Of a DNA stretch of 64,000 nucleotides, positions 50,809 through 61,757 are shown in pieces. Numbering within the stretch: the first letter of the stretch is position 1; each line of letters begins with the position of its first letter. The stretch is taken from positions 64,001-128,000 of the forward strand of contig CBDCLE010000003.1 in assembly GCA_965218585.1 (NCBI GenBank), given 5' to 3'. The stretch is from Terriglobia bacterium. Lineage in GTDB: Bacteria > Acidobacteriota > Terriglobia > 20CM-2-55-15. The position numbers and the translations under genes were made by a program. A model generated the notes under the pieces. The model made no database searches, had not been told where the DNA came from, and saw only the letters and a program-made list of their open reading frames with translations.

Positions 50809-52365
50809 ATGAGTGATTCAGTTCTTCTGCGTCGAGTGCGCAATATCTATCGTAATCTGCCGACCGCGGCCAACTATGAACACATCATTCGTCGGGGTGA
50901 AGCCCGAGTGGCACACCGGGGCCCTATTGTGGCTCATACCGGAGCCCGGACTGGCCGTTCTCCAAAAGACAAATTCATCACGATGGAACCCTCATGCGCA
51001 GACAAGGTCTGGTGGGGCGAAGTCAATCAGCCGTTCTTGACAGAGCGTTTTGACACCTTGCTTCACAGGGTCGAAGGATATCTCCAGGGCAGGGACGTCT
51101 ACGTTCAGGATTGTTATGTGGGAGCCGATCCCGACTACCGCATGCCGATCGAGGTGATTACAGAAGAGGCCTGGCAGGGCCAGTTTGCGCGGAATCTCTT
51201 CCCGAAGCGAACATCGGGAGAGCCCGCCGAGTTCACCATTATCAGCCTGCCTAACTTCCATGCGATACCCGACTTCGACGGAACGAGTTCGGAAGCATTC
51301 GTTCTCATGAACTTTGCCAAGAAGATGGTCCTGATCGCGGGAACAGCTTATGCCGGCGAGATCAAGAAGTCTGCTTTCACGATCATGAACTATCTGATGC
51401 CATCAAAGAACGTGTTTCCCATGCATTGCTCGGCAAATATCGGCAAGAACGGAGAGACGGCGATTCTGTTCGGTCTTTCCGGAACGGGCAAAACGACACT
51501 GTCCGCAGACCCGGAGCGGCAGTTGATCGGAGACGACGAGCACGGGTGGAGTGACAACGGCCTGTTCAATTTCGAAAGCGGTTGCTACGCCAAGGTGATC
51601 CGGCTTTCCCGCGACGCGGAACCCGATATCTACCGCGCTACGGAACGCTTCGGAACTGTTCTGGAGAACGTCGTCCTCGACGAAGATACGCGGACCCTGG
51701 ACCTGGATGATGACTCGATTACGGAAAATACGCGAGCGGCGTACCCCCTTACCTATATCAGGAACAGCGAACCGAGTGGTTTAGGCGGGCACCCAAAGAA
51801 CATCATCATGCTGACGGCGGATGCTTTCGGAGTTCTTCCTCCGATTGCGCGCCTGACACCTGAGCAGGCTATGTATCACTTCATTTCCGGATACACCGCC
51901 AAGGTTGCCGGAACCGAAGCTGGAATGGGGAAGGACCCGCAGGCAACGTTCAGCACCTGTTTCGGCGCGCCGTTCATGGTGTTGCATCCGACTGTTTATG
52001 CAAACTTGCTGCAGGATCGGATGGAAGAACACAAGTCTGACTGTTGGCTCATCAACACCGGTTGGACCGGCGGCCCTTATGGCGTGGGTAGCCGCATGAA
52101 GATAGCCCACACGCGCGCGATGGTCAGTGCCGCTCTCGATGGAACTCTGAAAGACGTTCCAACCGAGACAGATCCGATCTTCAATCTCCAGATTCTGACA
52201 TCCTGTCCGGGGGTTCCCGAAGAAGTCCTGAATCCCCGAAATACCTGGGACGACCCGGAGGCCTATGATGCCAAGGCCCGGGATCTGGCGAATCGATTCA
52301 AAGAGAACTTCCGGATATTCGCAGACGACATGGCTGAAGAGGTCGTGGCAGCCGGTCCGCAGTAG
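50809..52365 (+). CDS. pckA: PEP carboxykinase (ATP)
   Basis: TGRSPKDK, YAGEIKK, GLSGTGKTTLS, LIGDDEHGW, NTGWTGG. Confidence 0.97.
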   Translation: MSDSVLLRRVRNIYRNLPTAANYEHIIRRGEARVAHRGPIVAHTGARTGRSPKDKFITMEPSCADKVWWGEVNQPFLTERFDTLLHRVEGYLQGRDVYVQDCYVGADPDYRMPIEVITEEAWQGQFARNLFPKRTSGEPAEFTIISLPNFHAIPDFDGTSSEAFVLMNFAKKMVLIAGTAYAGEIKKSAFTIMNYLMPSKNVFPMHCSANIGKNGETAILFGLSGTGKTTLSADPERQLIGDDEHGWSDNGLFNFESGCYAKVIRLSRDAEPDIYRATERFGTVLENVVLDEDTRTLDLDDDSITENTRAAYPLTYIRNSEPSGLGGHPKNIIMLTADAFGVLPPIARLTPEQAMYHFISGYTAKVAGTEAGMGKDPQATFSTCFGAPFMVLHPTVYANLLQDRMEEHKSDCWLINTGWTGGPYGVGSRMKIAHTRAMVSAALDGTLKDVPTETDPIFNLQILTSCPGVPEEVLNPRNTWDDPEAYDAKARDLANRFKENFRIFADDMAEEVVAAGPQ

Positions 52366-52381
52366 AGTAGACGGCTAGCGC

Positions 52382-53146
52382 ATGCTCGAAGGTAAGACTG
52401 GCCTGATCATGGGCGTCGCCAACAAGCGGAGCATCGCTTGGGGTGTCGCCCAAGCTGCAGAACAGGCCGGAGCCCGGCTGGTTTTGACCTATCAGAATGA
52501 GCGGTTGGGCGAAAACGTCCGGAAACTCGCTCCTGAACTGAACGATCCCCTCCTCTTGCCCTGCGATGTCGGAATCGACGATGAGATTGATCGCCTCATG
52601 GAGAGCATCCAAAAGGACGTCGGGGGACTGGACTTTCTCGTCCACGCTCTCGCTTTCGCTCCCCGGGAGGCTCTGACCGGGTCGTTCCTGAACACCTCGC
52701 GAGAAGCTTTCGGAATCGCCCTGGACGTCAGCGCTTATTCTCTGGTGGCGCTGGCTCGCCGGGCAGCTCTTTTGATGAAAGACCGTAGCGGCTCCATCAT
52801 GACGATCACATATCTGGGCAGTGAGCGCGTGGTCCCGGGCTACAACGTCATGGGAGTCGCCAAGGCTGCACTGGAAGCTTCAGTCCGCTACCTGGCGAAC
52901 GATCTTGGGCCGGAGGGTATTCGGGTCAATGCGATCTCGGCCGGACCGATCCGAACACTGGCGTCCTCGGCTGTCTCCGGCATTTCCGGCATGGTCAAAA
53001 TGCACACCGAAAAGGCCCCTCTCCGGCGGCCCACCGAAACGAGTGAAGTCGGAGACACAGCTGTTTTTCTGGCGAGCTCGATGTCCCGTGGAACAACAGG
53101 TGAGGTCATCTACGTCGATGGCGGGTACAACGTTCTCGGTGCGTGA
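52382..53146 (+). CDS. fabI: Enoyl-ACP reductase
   Basis: GVANKRSIAWG, YNVMGVAKAALE, ISAGPIRTLA. Confidence 0.96.
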   Translation: MLEGKTGLIMGVANKRSIAWGVAQAAEQAGARLVLTYQNERLGENVRKLAPELNDPLLLPCDVGIDDEIDRLMESIQKDVGGLDFLVHALAFAPREALTGSFLNTSREAFGIALDVSAYSLVALARRAALLMKDRSGSIMTITYLGSERVVPGYNVMGVAKAALEASVRYLANDLGPEGIRVNAISAGPIRTLASSAVSGISGMVKMHTEKAPLRRPTETSEVGDTAVFLASSMSRGTTGEVIYVDGGYNVLGA

Positions 53147-53152
53147 TGGAAC

Positions 53153-54298
53153 TCACCAACTGACGCGAAGACCTGTCGTGGCGGAAACGCCAGAATACGC
53201 CCCGCCGTCATTGGCACTGTCGGTCATTTCTCCGAACTGCACGCCACTTTGAAGCTTCAGCTTGTGGCCGTAGAAATAGTAATTGACCCCCAGATAAGCC
53301 TCGTTGTATTCGTCGCCCCGGCCCGAGGTCGCCCGGTTTTCGTACCTGCCTAGCCTGACTCCGTTCGGATTCTCGCTTCCGAGGTATGTGTAGCGGCCGA
53401 CGACCTGGAACCTGCGGGTCACGTTGAAGAACGGCATGGTCATCACACCCCACAGATCGCTTTGCCCCAGGTAACCCGATCCCGTGCTGAGATCCGCTCG
53501 AAAACCCCACCTGTTGTCTTCAAATTTAAAATTGACAGAGGTCACGTGTTGAAGCTGTCTAGTGCCGCTGTTGTCCGGATCCGGATTCTGATAGACGTAA
53601 TTGCCGGCCAGCAGAGCTTCGCTCACTCCCAGCGAGTCTCGAAAATCGTAGCCGATGACGACAAGGCCAAAATAGCTTCCGTTGAATCTGCCGAACTCGC
53701 GGTTTGCTTCGCCTGCGGAGTAGGCACCGACTTGATAGATCCAATTCGAAAGTTCGCCCGATACGCTGACACCGGACATGTACTCCCGGGTAAACCACAT
53801 GTTGTTGGCCAGGTTGCTGCGGTCGATGGTCAGAAGTTCCTTTGATGACGTCGAACCTTCCATTGTGAAGCCGACGCTTTGCTTGCCGAAGGTCAGCGCC
53901 ATCCCCTCACTTCGGCTCCACTCCAGATAAAAGTCTGTAAGCCCCATGTAAAACGGATCTGTTTCCTGTGGGTTGAAAGCCGCTTCTGTGTGAAGCGTGA
54001 ACTGGTTCAGGAAAGTCGATTTAACACCAAGGCGGAAACGGCGGACATTCCATTCCTGGTGCGATGATCGATCTCCGTTAACCGCTGCATATTCGTATTG
54101 GAACCGTCCGCTGAAAAGCACGCTTTGGAGCACGGAGTTGTCTTCATTTTCGTACCACTCGGCGAATCTCCAGATGTTGTCGTAGACGGACGGTGCATCT
54201 TCGGTAGGAGACTGAACCGGCGCCGCACGCGATTCGAAAGGTGCGACACAAGTGAGCAGTATCGCGACAATGAAATTTGAGGATGTCGATCTGATCAA
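53153..54298 (-). CDS. Phosphate-selective porin OprO/OprP family
   Basis: SGRFQY, VRRFRLG, EGSTSSKELLTIDRS, GVNYY, C-terminal Trp. Confidence 0.75.
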   Translation of the reverse strand: MIRSTSSNFIVAILLTCVAPFESRAAPVQSPTEDAPSVYDNIWRFAEWYENEDNSVLQSVLFSGRFQYEYAAVNGDRSSHQEWNVRRFRLGVKSTFLNQFTLHTEAAFNPQETDPFYMGLTDFYLEWSRSEGMALTFGKQSVGFTMEGSTSSKELLTIDRSNLANNMWFTREYMSGVSVSGELSNWIYQVGAYSAGEANREFGRFNGSYFGLVVIGYDFRDSLGVSEALLAGNYVYQNPDPDNSGTRQLQHVTSVNFKFEDNRWGFRADLSTGSGYLGQSDLWGVMTMPFFNVTRRFQVVGRYTYLGSENPNGVRLGRYENRATSGRGDEYNEAYLGVNYYFYGHKLKLQSGVQFGEMTDSANDGGAYSGVSATTGLRVSW

Positions 54299-54452
54299 AG
54301 CGCCTCTTTCAATTCGTTCAATGTACGCCTTATCTCACAGTGTGTTCGGTCGAGGCCCAGTTTAGGGCTCTCCGCGTTCTATGGGGTGCTAAAAGTCTCA
54401 GCCTGAATTCAGGGACGGAAATCGAGTCAGCCACAGGCCCCGGGAGGGATGC

Positions 54453-55460
54453 CTATTCAGCGATTTGCAGGACCTTCTCCTCGCCCTGGATCGGGAGGGA
54501 TGCCGTCATTTCCTGGGGCGCCCGCCAGTGGTCGATCACAGACACTTTCTGAACACAACCGATCGTGCATCGAGGCGCACATGGCTTCTTTGTGTAGAAC
54601 TCCCGATGAACATCATCAGCCGTGTAGTCAGCAAGCGGAATTCCTGGAAAACCACGCTGCTGTGAGCAGTAGTGGACGAGGCCGTCCTCGCAGATATAAA
54701 GAAACCGTGCGCCGGCGCGGCAATGCCAGTCGTTCGGCTTCCCCTTGGCAAGATTCTCCTGGAACCAGTTCAGGCGAGTGTAGCTCTGGCTGCCGTAACT
54801 GCGAATCTTTCGATAGACACGCTCTTCTCTACGGTCGAGAGGTTTCACCTGCCCTGAGCCGTCATGAATAATTCCTAACGACGTCGAGAATCCCAGATGC
54901 CGCGCCAACTCCGTAATGTGAAGAGCGTCTTCCGGCGTCTTGATACCGCCGCCGATCACGGAGTTGATGTTCACATCGAAATCGGAGTACTCGGCGAGAT
55001 ACTGGAGTTTCAGTTCCAGAACTTTCAGGCTCTTCATCGAGACTTCATCGGGTTCGATGTTGTCGATGCTGATCTGTAGATATTCCAGACCTGCATCATT
55101 GAGTGCTTTGATCTTGTCTGGCACCAGAAGATAACCGTTGGTGATCAATCCGGCAATCATGTCCCGGCCGCGAATCCTCGCGATGATCTTCTCGATCTCC
55201 GGATGCATCAGGGGTTCACCGCCGCTGATCGTAATGATAGACGTCCCCAGTTCCGCTAGCTTGTCGAGTCGACGGTACATCTCTTCGGTAGGAACCGGAG
55301 GCGAATGATCGTCGTATTCATTGCAATAGGCACATGCCAGATTACACCGCCGCATCGGAATGATGTGAGCCAGGAGAGGATGGCGTGTGGAGGCCAATCC
55401 ACGTGCAATCATCTGCGTTTCACGCCACCTGAGCCGGAGCCTGTTTTTCCTCTTTATCAT
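54453..55460 (-). CDS. Radical SAM protein with C-terminal Cys cluster (possibly hopanoid-associated)
   Basis: [34 protein letters not shown]. Confidence 0.85.
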   Translation of the reverse strand: MIKRKNRLRLRWRETQMIARGLASTRHPLLAHIIPMRRCNLACAYCNEYDDHSPPVPTEEMYRRLDKLAELGTSIITISGGEPLMHPEIEKIIARIRGRDMIAGLITNGYLLVPDKIKALNDAGLEYLQISIDNIEPDEVSMKSLKVLELKLQYLAEYSDFDVNINSVIGGGIKTPEDALHITELARHLGFSTSLGIIHDGSGQVKPLDRREERVYRKIRSYGSQSYTRLNWFQENLAKGKPNDWHCRAGARFLYICEDGLVHYCSQQRGFPGIPLADYTADDVHREFYTKKPCAPRCTIGCVQKVSVIDHWRAPQEMTASLPIQGEEKVLQIAE

Positions 55461-55560
55461 CAAAACACCCGGGAAAATCCAATCGCGTGAAGTCTTCCGT
55501 AAGATATCACATCGATACACTTGGCTAGTGCCCGGGGACAGCGTAGATAATAGAACTCTC

Positions 55561-57702
55561 ATGGAATTCCGATTCCAATGGAAATTTCGTCTGGACGTCG
55601 AACCCGACCGACTATGGCGATACATTGCTGACACAGGTAGTTTGAACGAAGCTGCCGGACTGCCTGAATGGAAACTTCAATACATCCCGGAAGACGATGG
55701 CGGTTCCCGACAAACAGCAGAAACGCGCTATATGGGGTGGCGCATCCGCTGGGACGAACACCCCTTCGAATGGGTGGAAGGCAGAAGCTACGAGGTCCTT
55801 CGCGTCTATCACAATGGGCCTGTGCGTTCGTTCCGGTTGGCCGTCCAGCTTTCACCTCTGGACGGCGGATCGCTTCTGGTAGAGGACATGGTTGTCGAAC
55901 CTCGGTGGCTTGTTCTGGCGCCGGCGATCTACTGGGATCTCGGGTACCGCTCTCGCAAGCGTTTTGGACGTGTCTATAGGAAGATCGAAAACTTTCTGAA
56001 GGGTCAGACTGCAGCGCCCTTCCCTGTGCGGCATCCGAATACGGTCGCAGATGATCGCCTGCACCGACTCGAGAAACGTCTTAATGGTGTCGAGGGCGGA
56101 GAGTATCTCCCCAACCTTCTGAACGCTCTCAAAACATATTCCGATCAAGAACTGCACCGGCTGCGCGCTTTTGCCTTCGCCGACGAATGGGGTGCCGACC
56201 GGGTGCAGACCCTGAAACTGTTTCTGCACGCGGGGGTGGCAGGGCTACTGGATGTCTCCTGGGACGTCATATGTCCGAGTTGCCGTGGAGCAAAGATGCG
56301 AGTCGGGAAACTTCGGGATCTTCGGACCGAAGCGCATTGCGACGCATGCAACATCCGCTACTCCACCGATTTCGCAGAGTCGGTAGAGATCACTTTTCTT
56401 CCAAGTTCAGGAATCCGGAAAGTCGAGATGAACGACTATTGCAGCGGTGGTCCAATGAGGGCCCCCCACGTCGTCGTACAACAGCAGATTCCGCCTGGAG
56501 AAACCCGAACGATACCGCTCAGACTCAAGCCGTGGCAGTACAGGCTACGTTCCCTGAAACTCCCAAGCCACAGCATGCTCAAGGTCGGAAGCGAACTCGG
56601 GGGAAATGAACTGAAAGCAACGCTGGGAGTAGCGGGAATAGCACCAGAGGAAACTACTCTTGGCGAGGACTTCACGTTGGCGATCCGGAACGGAACGGAA
56701 AAGACCCACACAGTGATGCTCGAAAGGACCTCGGAACAGGAACAGGCAACCTCTGCAGCATTCGTGACCACAATGCCGGAGTTCCGCAACCTGTTCTCGT
56801 CTGAGGTCCTGGCTCCTGACACGCAGGTCCGTGCCGGAACGATCTGCCTGATGTTTACGGATCTGAGGGGATCGACTTCCATGTATGAGGAAATCGGCGA
56901 CACCGCGGCGTACGCTCGCGTACGCGAACACTTTGAAATATTGCGGGACGTGGTCGGGAGCTACGAGGGAACATTCGTCAAAACGATCGGGGATGCTCTC
57001 ATGGCCGCTTTTAGCGATCCGGCCAAAGGACTGGGTGCGGCGTTTGACATGCACGAACGGATGCGACTAGAAAACAAGACACACAGTCCGGCCCTAACGC
57101 TCAAGATCGGTCTCCACCAGGGTCCCTGTTTCGCAGTAAATACGAATGAGAACCTGGACTATTTCGGAACAACTGTCAACATAGCGGCACGCGTTCAAAA
57201 GGAGAGCCAGGGAGGAGACGTTGTGGTGACCGACGAACTTTTCCACGACCACGCAGCGCAAGAACTATTGCTGGAGCGCGTCCATGCTTACCAGCCGCTG
57301 GAGATTGAAATTCGCGGCCTTCGAGGAACCCCTTGGGCCGATGGGGATTGGGGTCGATCTCTTTGTCACTCGTCGGTCACGATGAGAAAGCATCGATCCT
57401 TCCTCGCTCCTCAACCTCGACCGCAAGACCCATCGGCGCCACTGGCGATACCTCTGTTACAGGCCACTAGTCTTCCAGAAGACTGCCTTCGGTATCGTAG
57501 ATCTCTACCGGTCCATACTGCTCCAGTATCGACTGGATCTGGCTCGCATCCCCGACGACGACGATCTGCATCGCTTCGGGATCCAGATACTTCTCTGCCA
57601 TACTCTGAACCGTTTCGGAAGTCACAGCCATCACCCGTTCCGGATACCTATCCCAGTAGTCCCGTGCAAAGCCATAGATCTCGCGCGTCGTCGAATAACT
57701 GA
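55561..57702 (+). CDS. SRPBCC-like/DUF5939/adenylate-guanylate cyclase protein; C-terminus probably run-on beyond ~57330
   Basis: [39 protein letters not shown]. The tail after IRGLRG reads through a repeat and overlaps the opposite gene. Confidence 0.85.
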   Translation: MEFRFQWKFRLDVEPDRLWRYIADTGSLNEAAGLPEWKLQYIPEDDGGSRQTAETRYMGWRIRWDEHPFEWVEGRSYEVLRVYHNGPVRSFRLAVQLSPLDGGSLLVEDMVVEPRWLVLAPAIYWDLGYRSRKRFGRVYRKIENFLKGQTAAPFPVRHPNTVADDRLHRLEKRLNGVEGGEYLPNLLNALKTYSDQELHRLRAFAFADEWGADRVQTLKLFLHAGVAGLLDVSWDVICPSCRGAKMRVGKLRDLRTEAHCDACNIRYSTDFAESVEITFLPSSGIRKVEMNDYCSGGPMRAPHVVVQQQIPPGETRTIPLRLKPWQYRLRSLKLPSHSMLKVGSELGGNELKATLGVAGIAPEETTLGEDFTLAIRNGTEKTHTVMLERTSEQEQATSAAFVTTMPEFRNLFSSEVLAPDTQVRAGTICLMFTDLRGSTSMYEEIGDTAAYARVREHFEILRDVVGSYEGTFVKTIGDALMAAFSDPAKGLGAAFDMHERMRLENKTHSPALTLKIGLHQGPCFAVNTNENLDYFGTTVNIAARVQKESQGGDVVVTDELFHDHAAQELLLERVHAYQPLEIEIRGLRGTPWADGDWGRSLCHSSVTMRKHRSFLAPQPRPQDPSAPLAIPLLQATSLPEDCLRYRRSLPVHTAPVSTGSGSHPRRRRSASLRDPDTSLPYSEPFRKSQPSPVPDTYPSSPVQSHRSRASSNN
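57337..57437. repeat. ~100-bp palindromic (MITE/REP-like) element
   Basis: 21-bp arms with 18/21 match: GCCGATGGGGATTGGGGTCGA / TCGACCGCAAGACCCATCGGC. Confidence 0.7.
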
Positions 57703-58939
57703 GGAGGCTCGTGGGGCGTTCCAGCGAGAGGGCAAAACGGGCCACGAGGGACCGCTTTACCTCCTCGAGTTCGACCTCGGGCACAGCTTGGTCCTTCATT
57801 CGTTCCAGTTCATAGAAAAACTCAGTCATCGCGCCTTCTGTGACTTCGGTGCGCACATCGGCCGATGCCCGCCAGGCTCCCGGATACTTCAGAGCCGAGA
57901 AGAAACTGTAGGCTCCATAGGTATAGCCCTTTTCCTCACGGAGGTTGATGAACAGGCGAGAAGAGGGACCTCCACCCAACACCTGATTCATGACCGTCAG
58001 TGGAATGTAGTCAGGATGCCGGCGGTCCAGTGCCAGAGTCCCCATATAGATCGTCGCCTGGGCGGAGTCCGGTCGATCAACGAGAAAGATCCGACCAAGG
58101 GCCGGCGTTTCCGGATCCGGGGGCAACTCTACAACGTAGTCGGTCCGTTCCCAGTCCTCCAGCCACTCGTTCAAATCCGAGAAAATGTCCTGGGCGTCAA
58201 CGTCTCCGGCAATACTGAGAACGGAGTTCTGAGGTGCATAGCGCTCCCGATGCCAGCGAGCGAGAATCTCGGTCGACATAGCATCAAGGGAATCCTCTGT
58301 GGCCGATCGCGTCGCTGCGGGATGGTCGCCGAACACGGCCGCACTGAATCGCTCGTTTGCCAGAAATCCGGAGCGGGTACGCTGCTGACGAAGCCCTGCT
58401 ATCTCTTCCTCGCGGATCCGCTCAAATTCCGGTTCAGGAAAGGTGGGATTCAGCAAAACGTCGCGCATGATCTCGAACCAATCTTCCATATTGCGGCTTA
58501 AGCCCGACGCACTCACACTGGTCGCCTCGGAACCGAAGTTCGACGAACTGTTAAGGTTCGCTCCGAGCCGGGCAACCTCTTCAAGGATTTCACCGTTGGA
58601 TCGCGTTGTGGTACCTTCGCGCAACATCCTGGCTGTCATGTCCGCTACACCGGCAAGTTCGCTGGATTCATAGAGGGGGCCTGCCCCGCCGATGGTAAGC
58701 TGCATGGTCACAATCGGCGAGCGGTCGTCTTCGAGAACAAGCACTCGTAACCCGTTGTCCAGCGTGGTCTCGACCGCGCGCGGAAGCGTCACCTGGAGTA
58801 CATCGTTGGAAACAGGTGCCAGATTCTTGCGGACGATAGAGGATGAATCAGGAGCCGCAATGTCCTGGGCACCGGCAACGGTATGCACGCCGCAGATTAA
58901 CGCAAGAACGAGAGAAAGTTTTCCAATCTGAGGCCTCAC
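57467..58939 (-). CDS. M16 peptidase, non-catalytic subunit
   Basis: LDNGLRV, no HxxEH, SRLFINLREEKGYTYG. Confidence 0.9.
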   Translation of the reverse strand: MRPQIGKLSLVLALICGVHTVAGAQDIAAPDSSSIVRKNLAPVSNDVLQVTLPRAVETTLDNGLRVLVLEDDRSPIVTMQLTIGGAGPLYESSELAGVADMTARMLREGTTTRSNGEILEEVARLGANLNSSSNFGSEATSVSASGLSRNMEDWFEIMRDVLLNPTFPEPEFERIREEEIAGLRQQRTRSGFLANERFSAAVFGDHPAATRSATEDSLDAMSTEILARWHRERYAPQNSVLSIAGDVDAQDIFSDLNEWLEDWERTDYVVELPPDPETPALGRIFLVDRPDSAQATIYMGTLALDRRHPDYIPLTVMNQVLGGGPSSRLFINLREEKGYTYGAYSFFSALKYPGAWRASADVRTEVTEGAMTEFFYELERMKDQAVPEVELEEVKRSLVARFALSLERPTSLLSYSTTREIYGFARDYWDRYPERVMAVTSETVQSMAEKYLDPEAMQIVVVGDASQIQSILEQYGPVEIYDTEGSLLED

Positions 58940-60294
58940 TGTCCACCTCCGCGTGCCGGCCGCTGCTCCCTAGTCTGCGGCAGAGTCGTTACGACTGTCC
59001 GGTTGGTTTCTCTTAGATAAATGTCCGCCCCGGATCGAATCTGCTGCTTCGAAACGCGATCGTACTTCTCCTGGAAGGTGTTGATCAGATCAGGATCGTT
59101 ATAGAAGACGGTGTTCTCGGCCAACGCATTGGCCCTGGCGCGCGTGGACTGCAAGCGCTGAGCGTTCTGCCGTTCGATCTGAGTGATGACCTTTTCCATC
59201 TCCCAATCCTCTACAAGGTCTGTCTTCAGCGTTTCGATTTCCCGATAGATAGCAGCTTCAAGGTCTTCGAGTTCGACACCTGGCCTCGGCGTCGCAGAAA
59301 TCGAAAACAAGGATGGACCGCGGCGTTCACCGAGGCCTGCGCGAACGTTGAGCGCCAACTGATCTTCCTGGACGAGTCTCTGGTACAGACGTCCTGACCG
59401 ACCGCCTCCCAGGATGTCTCCCAACACCGCCAGGATGTACCAGTCACCCGTATTCCCTTCTGGAGCCTTGAAGGCGATATCCAGCCGAGGCAGCCGGGCA
59501 AACTGGTCGGCGATAGTGACACGCTTTTCCTCTGTCTGCTCTGGCTCGACGATAAACATTTCAGGTGGTGTGAGCTGATCTGGGATGTCACCGAAGTATT
59601 GCTCGATCTTTGCCAGTGCTTCCTCTGCGTCGAAATCTCCGACGAGGGCCAGAACAGCATTGTTGGGAGCGTAGTACTGCCTGAAGAAGTCCTCTACGTC
59701 GACTAGCGTCGCGGCATCCAGGTCGTCCATGGAACCAATCGTGGAATGGCTGTAAGCAAACGATTCATACGCTGTCTCGTTAACTGTTAAAAACGTTCGA
59801 CCGTACGGGGCATTGTCAATTCCAAGCCGGCGCTCCTCCTTCACGGTCTGCCGCTGGTTCTCAAGATTCGCCTCGGAAATGTCGAGGGATCTCATCCGGT
59901 CGGCCTCCAGGAACAGGCCCAGGTCGAGTTGGTTCGCGGGCAGCGTTTCGAAATAATTCGTTCGGTCCGAGCTGGTCGTACCGTTCATGCTCCCGCCGTT
60001 GTTCTGGATCAAAATAAAATGCTCACCCTTGCCGACGTTCTCCGAGCCCTGGAACATCATGTGTTCAAACAGATGCGCAAATCCCGTCTTCCCCTGGCGT
60101 TCGTTGCGGGACCCCACATCGTAGACAACACAGATGGAGTAGGTCGGAGCGGAATGATCCTCCGAAAGGATCACCCTGAGCCCGTTATCCAAACGGAAGA
60201 TTTCGAAAGGAACCTCGGACTGGGCATCCGCAGGCCCGGCCCAAAGAATCAATAGAAGCGCTGTCAGCGAGGAGACAAACGTCTTTCTCAGCAT
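58936..60294 (-). CDS. M16 peptidase, catalytic subunit
   Basis: GFAHLFEHMMF, NGTT..DRTNY, EADRM, YAPNNA. Confidence 0.94.
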   Translation of the reverse strand: MLRKTFVSSLTALLLILWAGPADAQSEVPFEIFRLDNGLRVILSEDHSAPTYSICVVYDVGSRNERQGKTGFAHLFEHMMFQGSENVGKGEHFILIQNNGGSMNGTTSSDRTNYFETLPANQLDLGLFLEADRMRSLDISEANLENQRQTVKEERRLGIDNAPYGRTFLTVNETAYESFAYSHSTIGSMDDLDAATLVDVEDFFRQYYAPNNAVLALVGDFDAEEALAKIEQYFGDIPDQLTPPEMFIVEPEQTEEKRVTIADQFARLPRLDIAFKAPEGNTGDWYILAVLGDILGGGRSGRLYQRLVQEDQLALNVRAGLGERRGPSLFSISATPRPGVELEDLEAAIYREIETLKTDLVEDWEMEKVITQIERQNAQRLQSTRARANALAENTVFYNDPDLINTFQEKYDRVSKQQIRSGADIYLRETNRTVVTTLPQTREQRPARGGGQ

Positions 60295-60393
60295 ACTTTC
60301 ACCTCAGAAGTGACGGGAATTCGCCCTAAGGATGTAGTCTATGCGACCTGCTTCATCCGTTCCACCCATTCTGCACGCTTCCTTGAGGTGGCG

Positions 60394-61617
60394 TTACTGG
60401 GGTAAGGTGCGGCCCTGCGCAAAATCAGTCTGACCCTGAAAAACGCGCAGTCCGAATTCAGGCATGATCGAAAAGATGTGATCAAAGATATCGGACTGGA
60501 TGCCTTCGTACTCTGCCCAGGCGGTCACGTTCGTAAAGACGTACAACTCGACGGGCAGACCTTCTGACGTGGGCGAGAGCTGGCGCACGATCAGTGTCAT
60601 GTTCTGGTGAATCTTAGGGTGCTGCCGCAAATAAGCAGCTAGGTAGGCACGCAATGTTCCGACATTGGTCAACCGACGCGCATTCACGATCAGATTGGGA
60701 TCATCCTGAAAGGTTTTATTGAAGTCACGGACCTCTTGCCTCTTCTCACGCACATAGTCCTGCAGAATGGCAAAGTTTTCGATCCTGTCCAGATCTGCTT
60801 CGGTCAGAAAGTGGATCGAATTCATGTCAACGAAGAAGGAGCGCTTGATCCGGCGGCCACCGGACTCCTGCATGCCGCGCCAGTTCTTGAAAGGCTGTTC
60901 GATCAGCTTGTGCGTTGGAACGGCGGTGATCGTCTTATCGAAGTTCTGAATCTTGACGGTATGAAGAGTCAACTCGATCACGTCACCGTCCGCACCATAC
61001 TGCGGCATTTCGATCCAATCTCCGACCCGCACCATGTCGTAGCTGGCCATCTGAAGGCTGGCGACGAATGAGAGGATCGTGTCCCTGAAAACCAGCAGGA
61101 GGACGGCGGTGATCGCCCCGATCCCACTCAACAGGAGCAGAGGGTCTCGCCCCGTCAGAGTGGCAATGAAAAGGACGCCACCGATGACGTAGATGGCAAT
61201 CTTGCTCACCTGAACATAGGCTTCAATCGGCCGGCCCTCTGCGATCGAACTAGAGGAGTAGGTCCTGCCGACAGCGGTCAGAAAGGCCGCCAACGCTGAG
61301 ACACCAACCAGAACCATTGCGGCAGCGGCCGCGCGTTCGACCAGTGTGTCAACCCCTTGGGGTACATCGGGTATGAACCCGATGCCGAAGTAAACGACTA
61401 AAGCTGGCGCCAGGTGCGCCACGCGCCCGAATACATTGAATTCGAGAAGAATGTCGTCGAACTGGAAGGCAGTCTCTTGGGCAACACGACGGACAGTCGT
61501 CAGAATGATGCTTTTTGTGATTCGGTCCGCCAGATAGGCGAACAGCATCACGACTACAATTCCAATCGCGGTTGCTAGGATCGGGTATTGATTCAGAAAC
61601 TCGAGCGCACTCGACAT
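60394..61617 (-). CDS. MscS-family mechanosensitive channel (YbdG-like)
   Basis: RVGDWIEMPQYGADGDV, NWRGMQESGGRRIKRS, YEGIQSDIFDH. Confidence 0.92.
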   Translation of the reverse strand: MSSALEFLNQYPILATAIGIVVVMLFAYLADRITKSIILTTVRRVAQETAFQFDDILLEFNVFGRVAHLAPALVVYFGIGFIPDVPQGVDTLVERAAAAAMVLVGVSALAAFLTAVGRTYSSSSIAEGRPIEAYVQVSKIAIYVIGGVLFIATLTGRDPLLLLSGIGAITAVLLLVFRDTILSFVASLQMASYDMVRVGDWIEMPQYGADGDVIELTLHTVKIQNFDKTITAVPTHKLIEQPFKNWRGMQESGGRRIKRSFFVDMNSIHFLTEADLDRIENFAILQDYVREKRQEVRDFNKTFQDDPNLIVNARRLTNVGTLRAYLAAYLRQHPKIHQNMTLIVRQLSPTSEGLPVELYVFTNVTAWAEYEGIQSDIFDHIFSIMPEFGLRVFQGQTDFAQGRTLPQ

Positions 61618-61757
61618 GTCGTCATCTTACACGTAAGGAAGTGGCGAGTTAAGCGTGATAATCGCCATTCGTTCTGATGAAACATTTCGGCCAAACCGGA
61701 ATTGTTTCAGGGGGAAGGAGGAAATGACTGATAGGCGGCGATAATCGAGACCAACTA

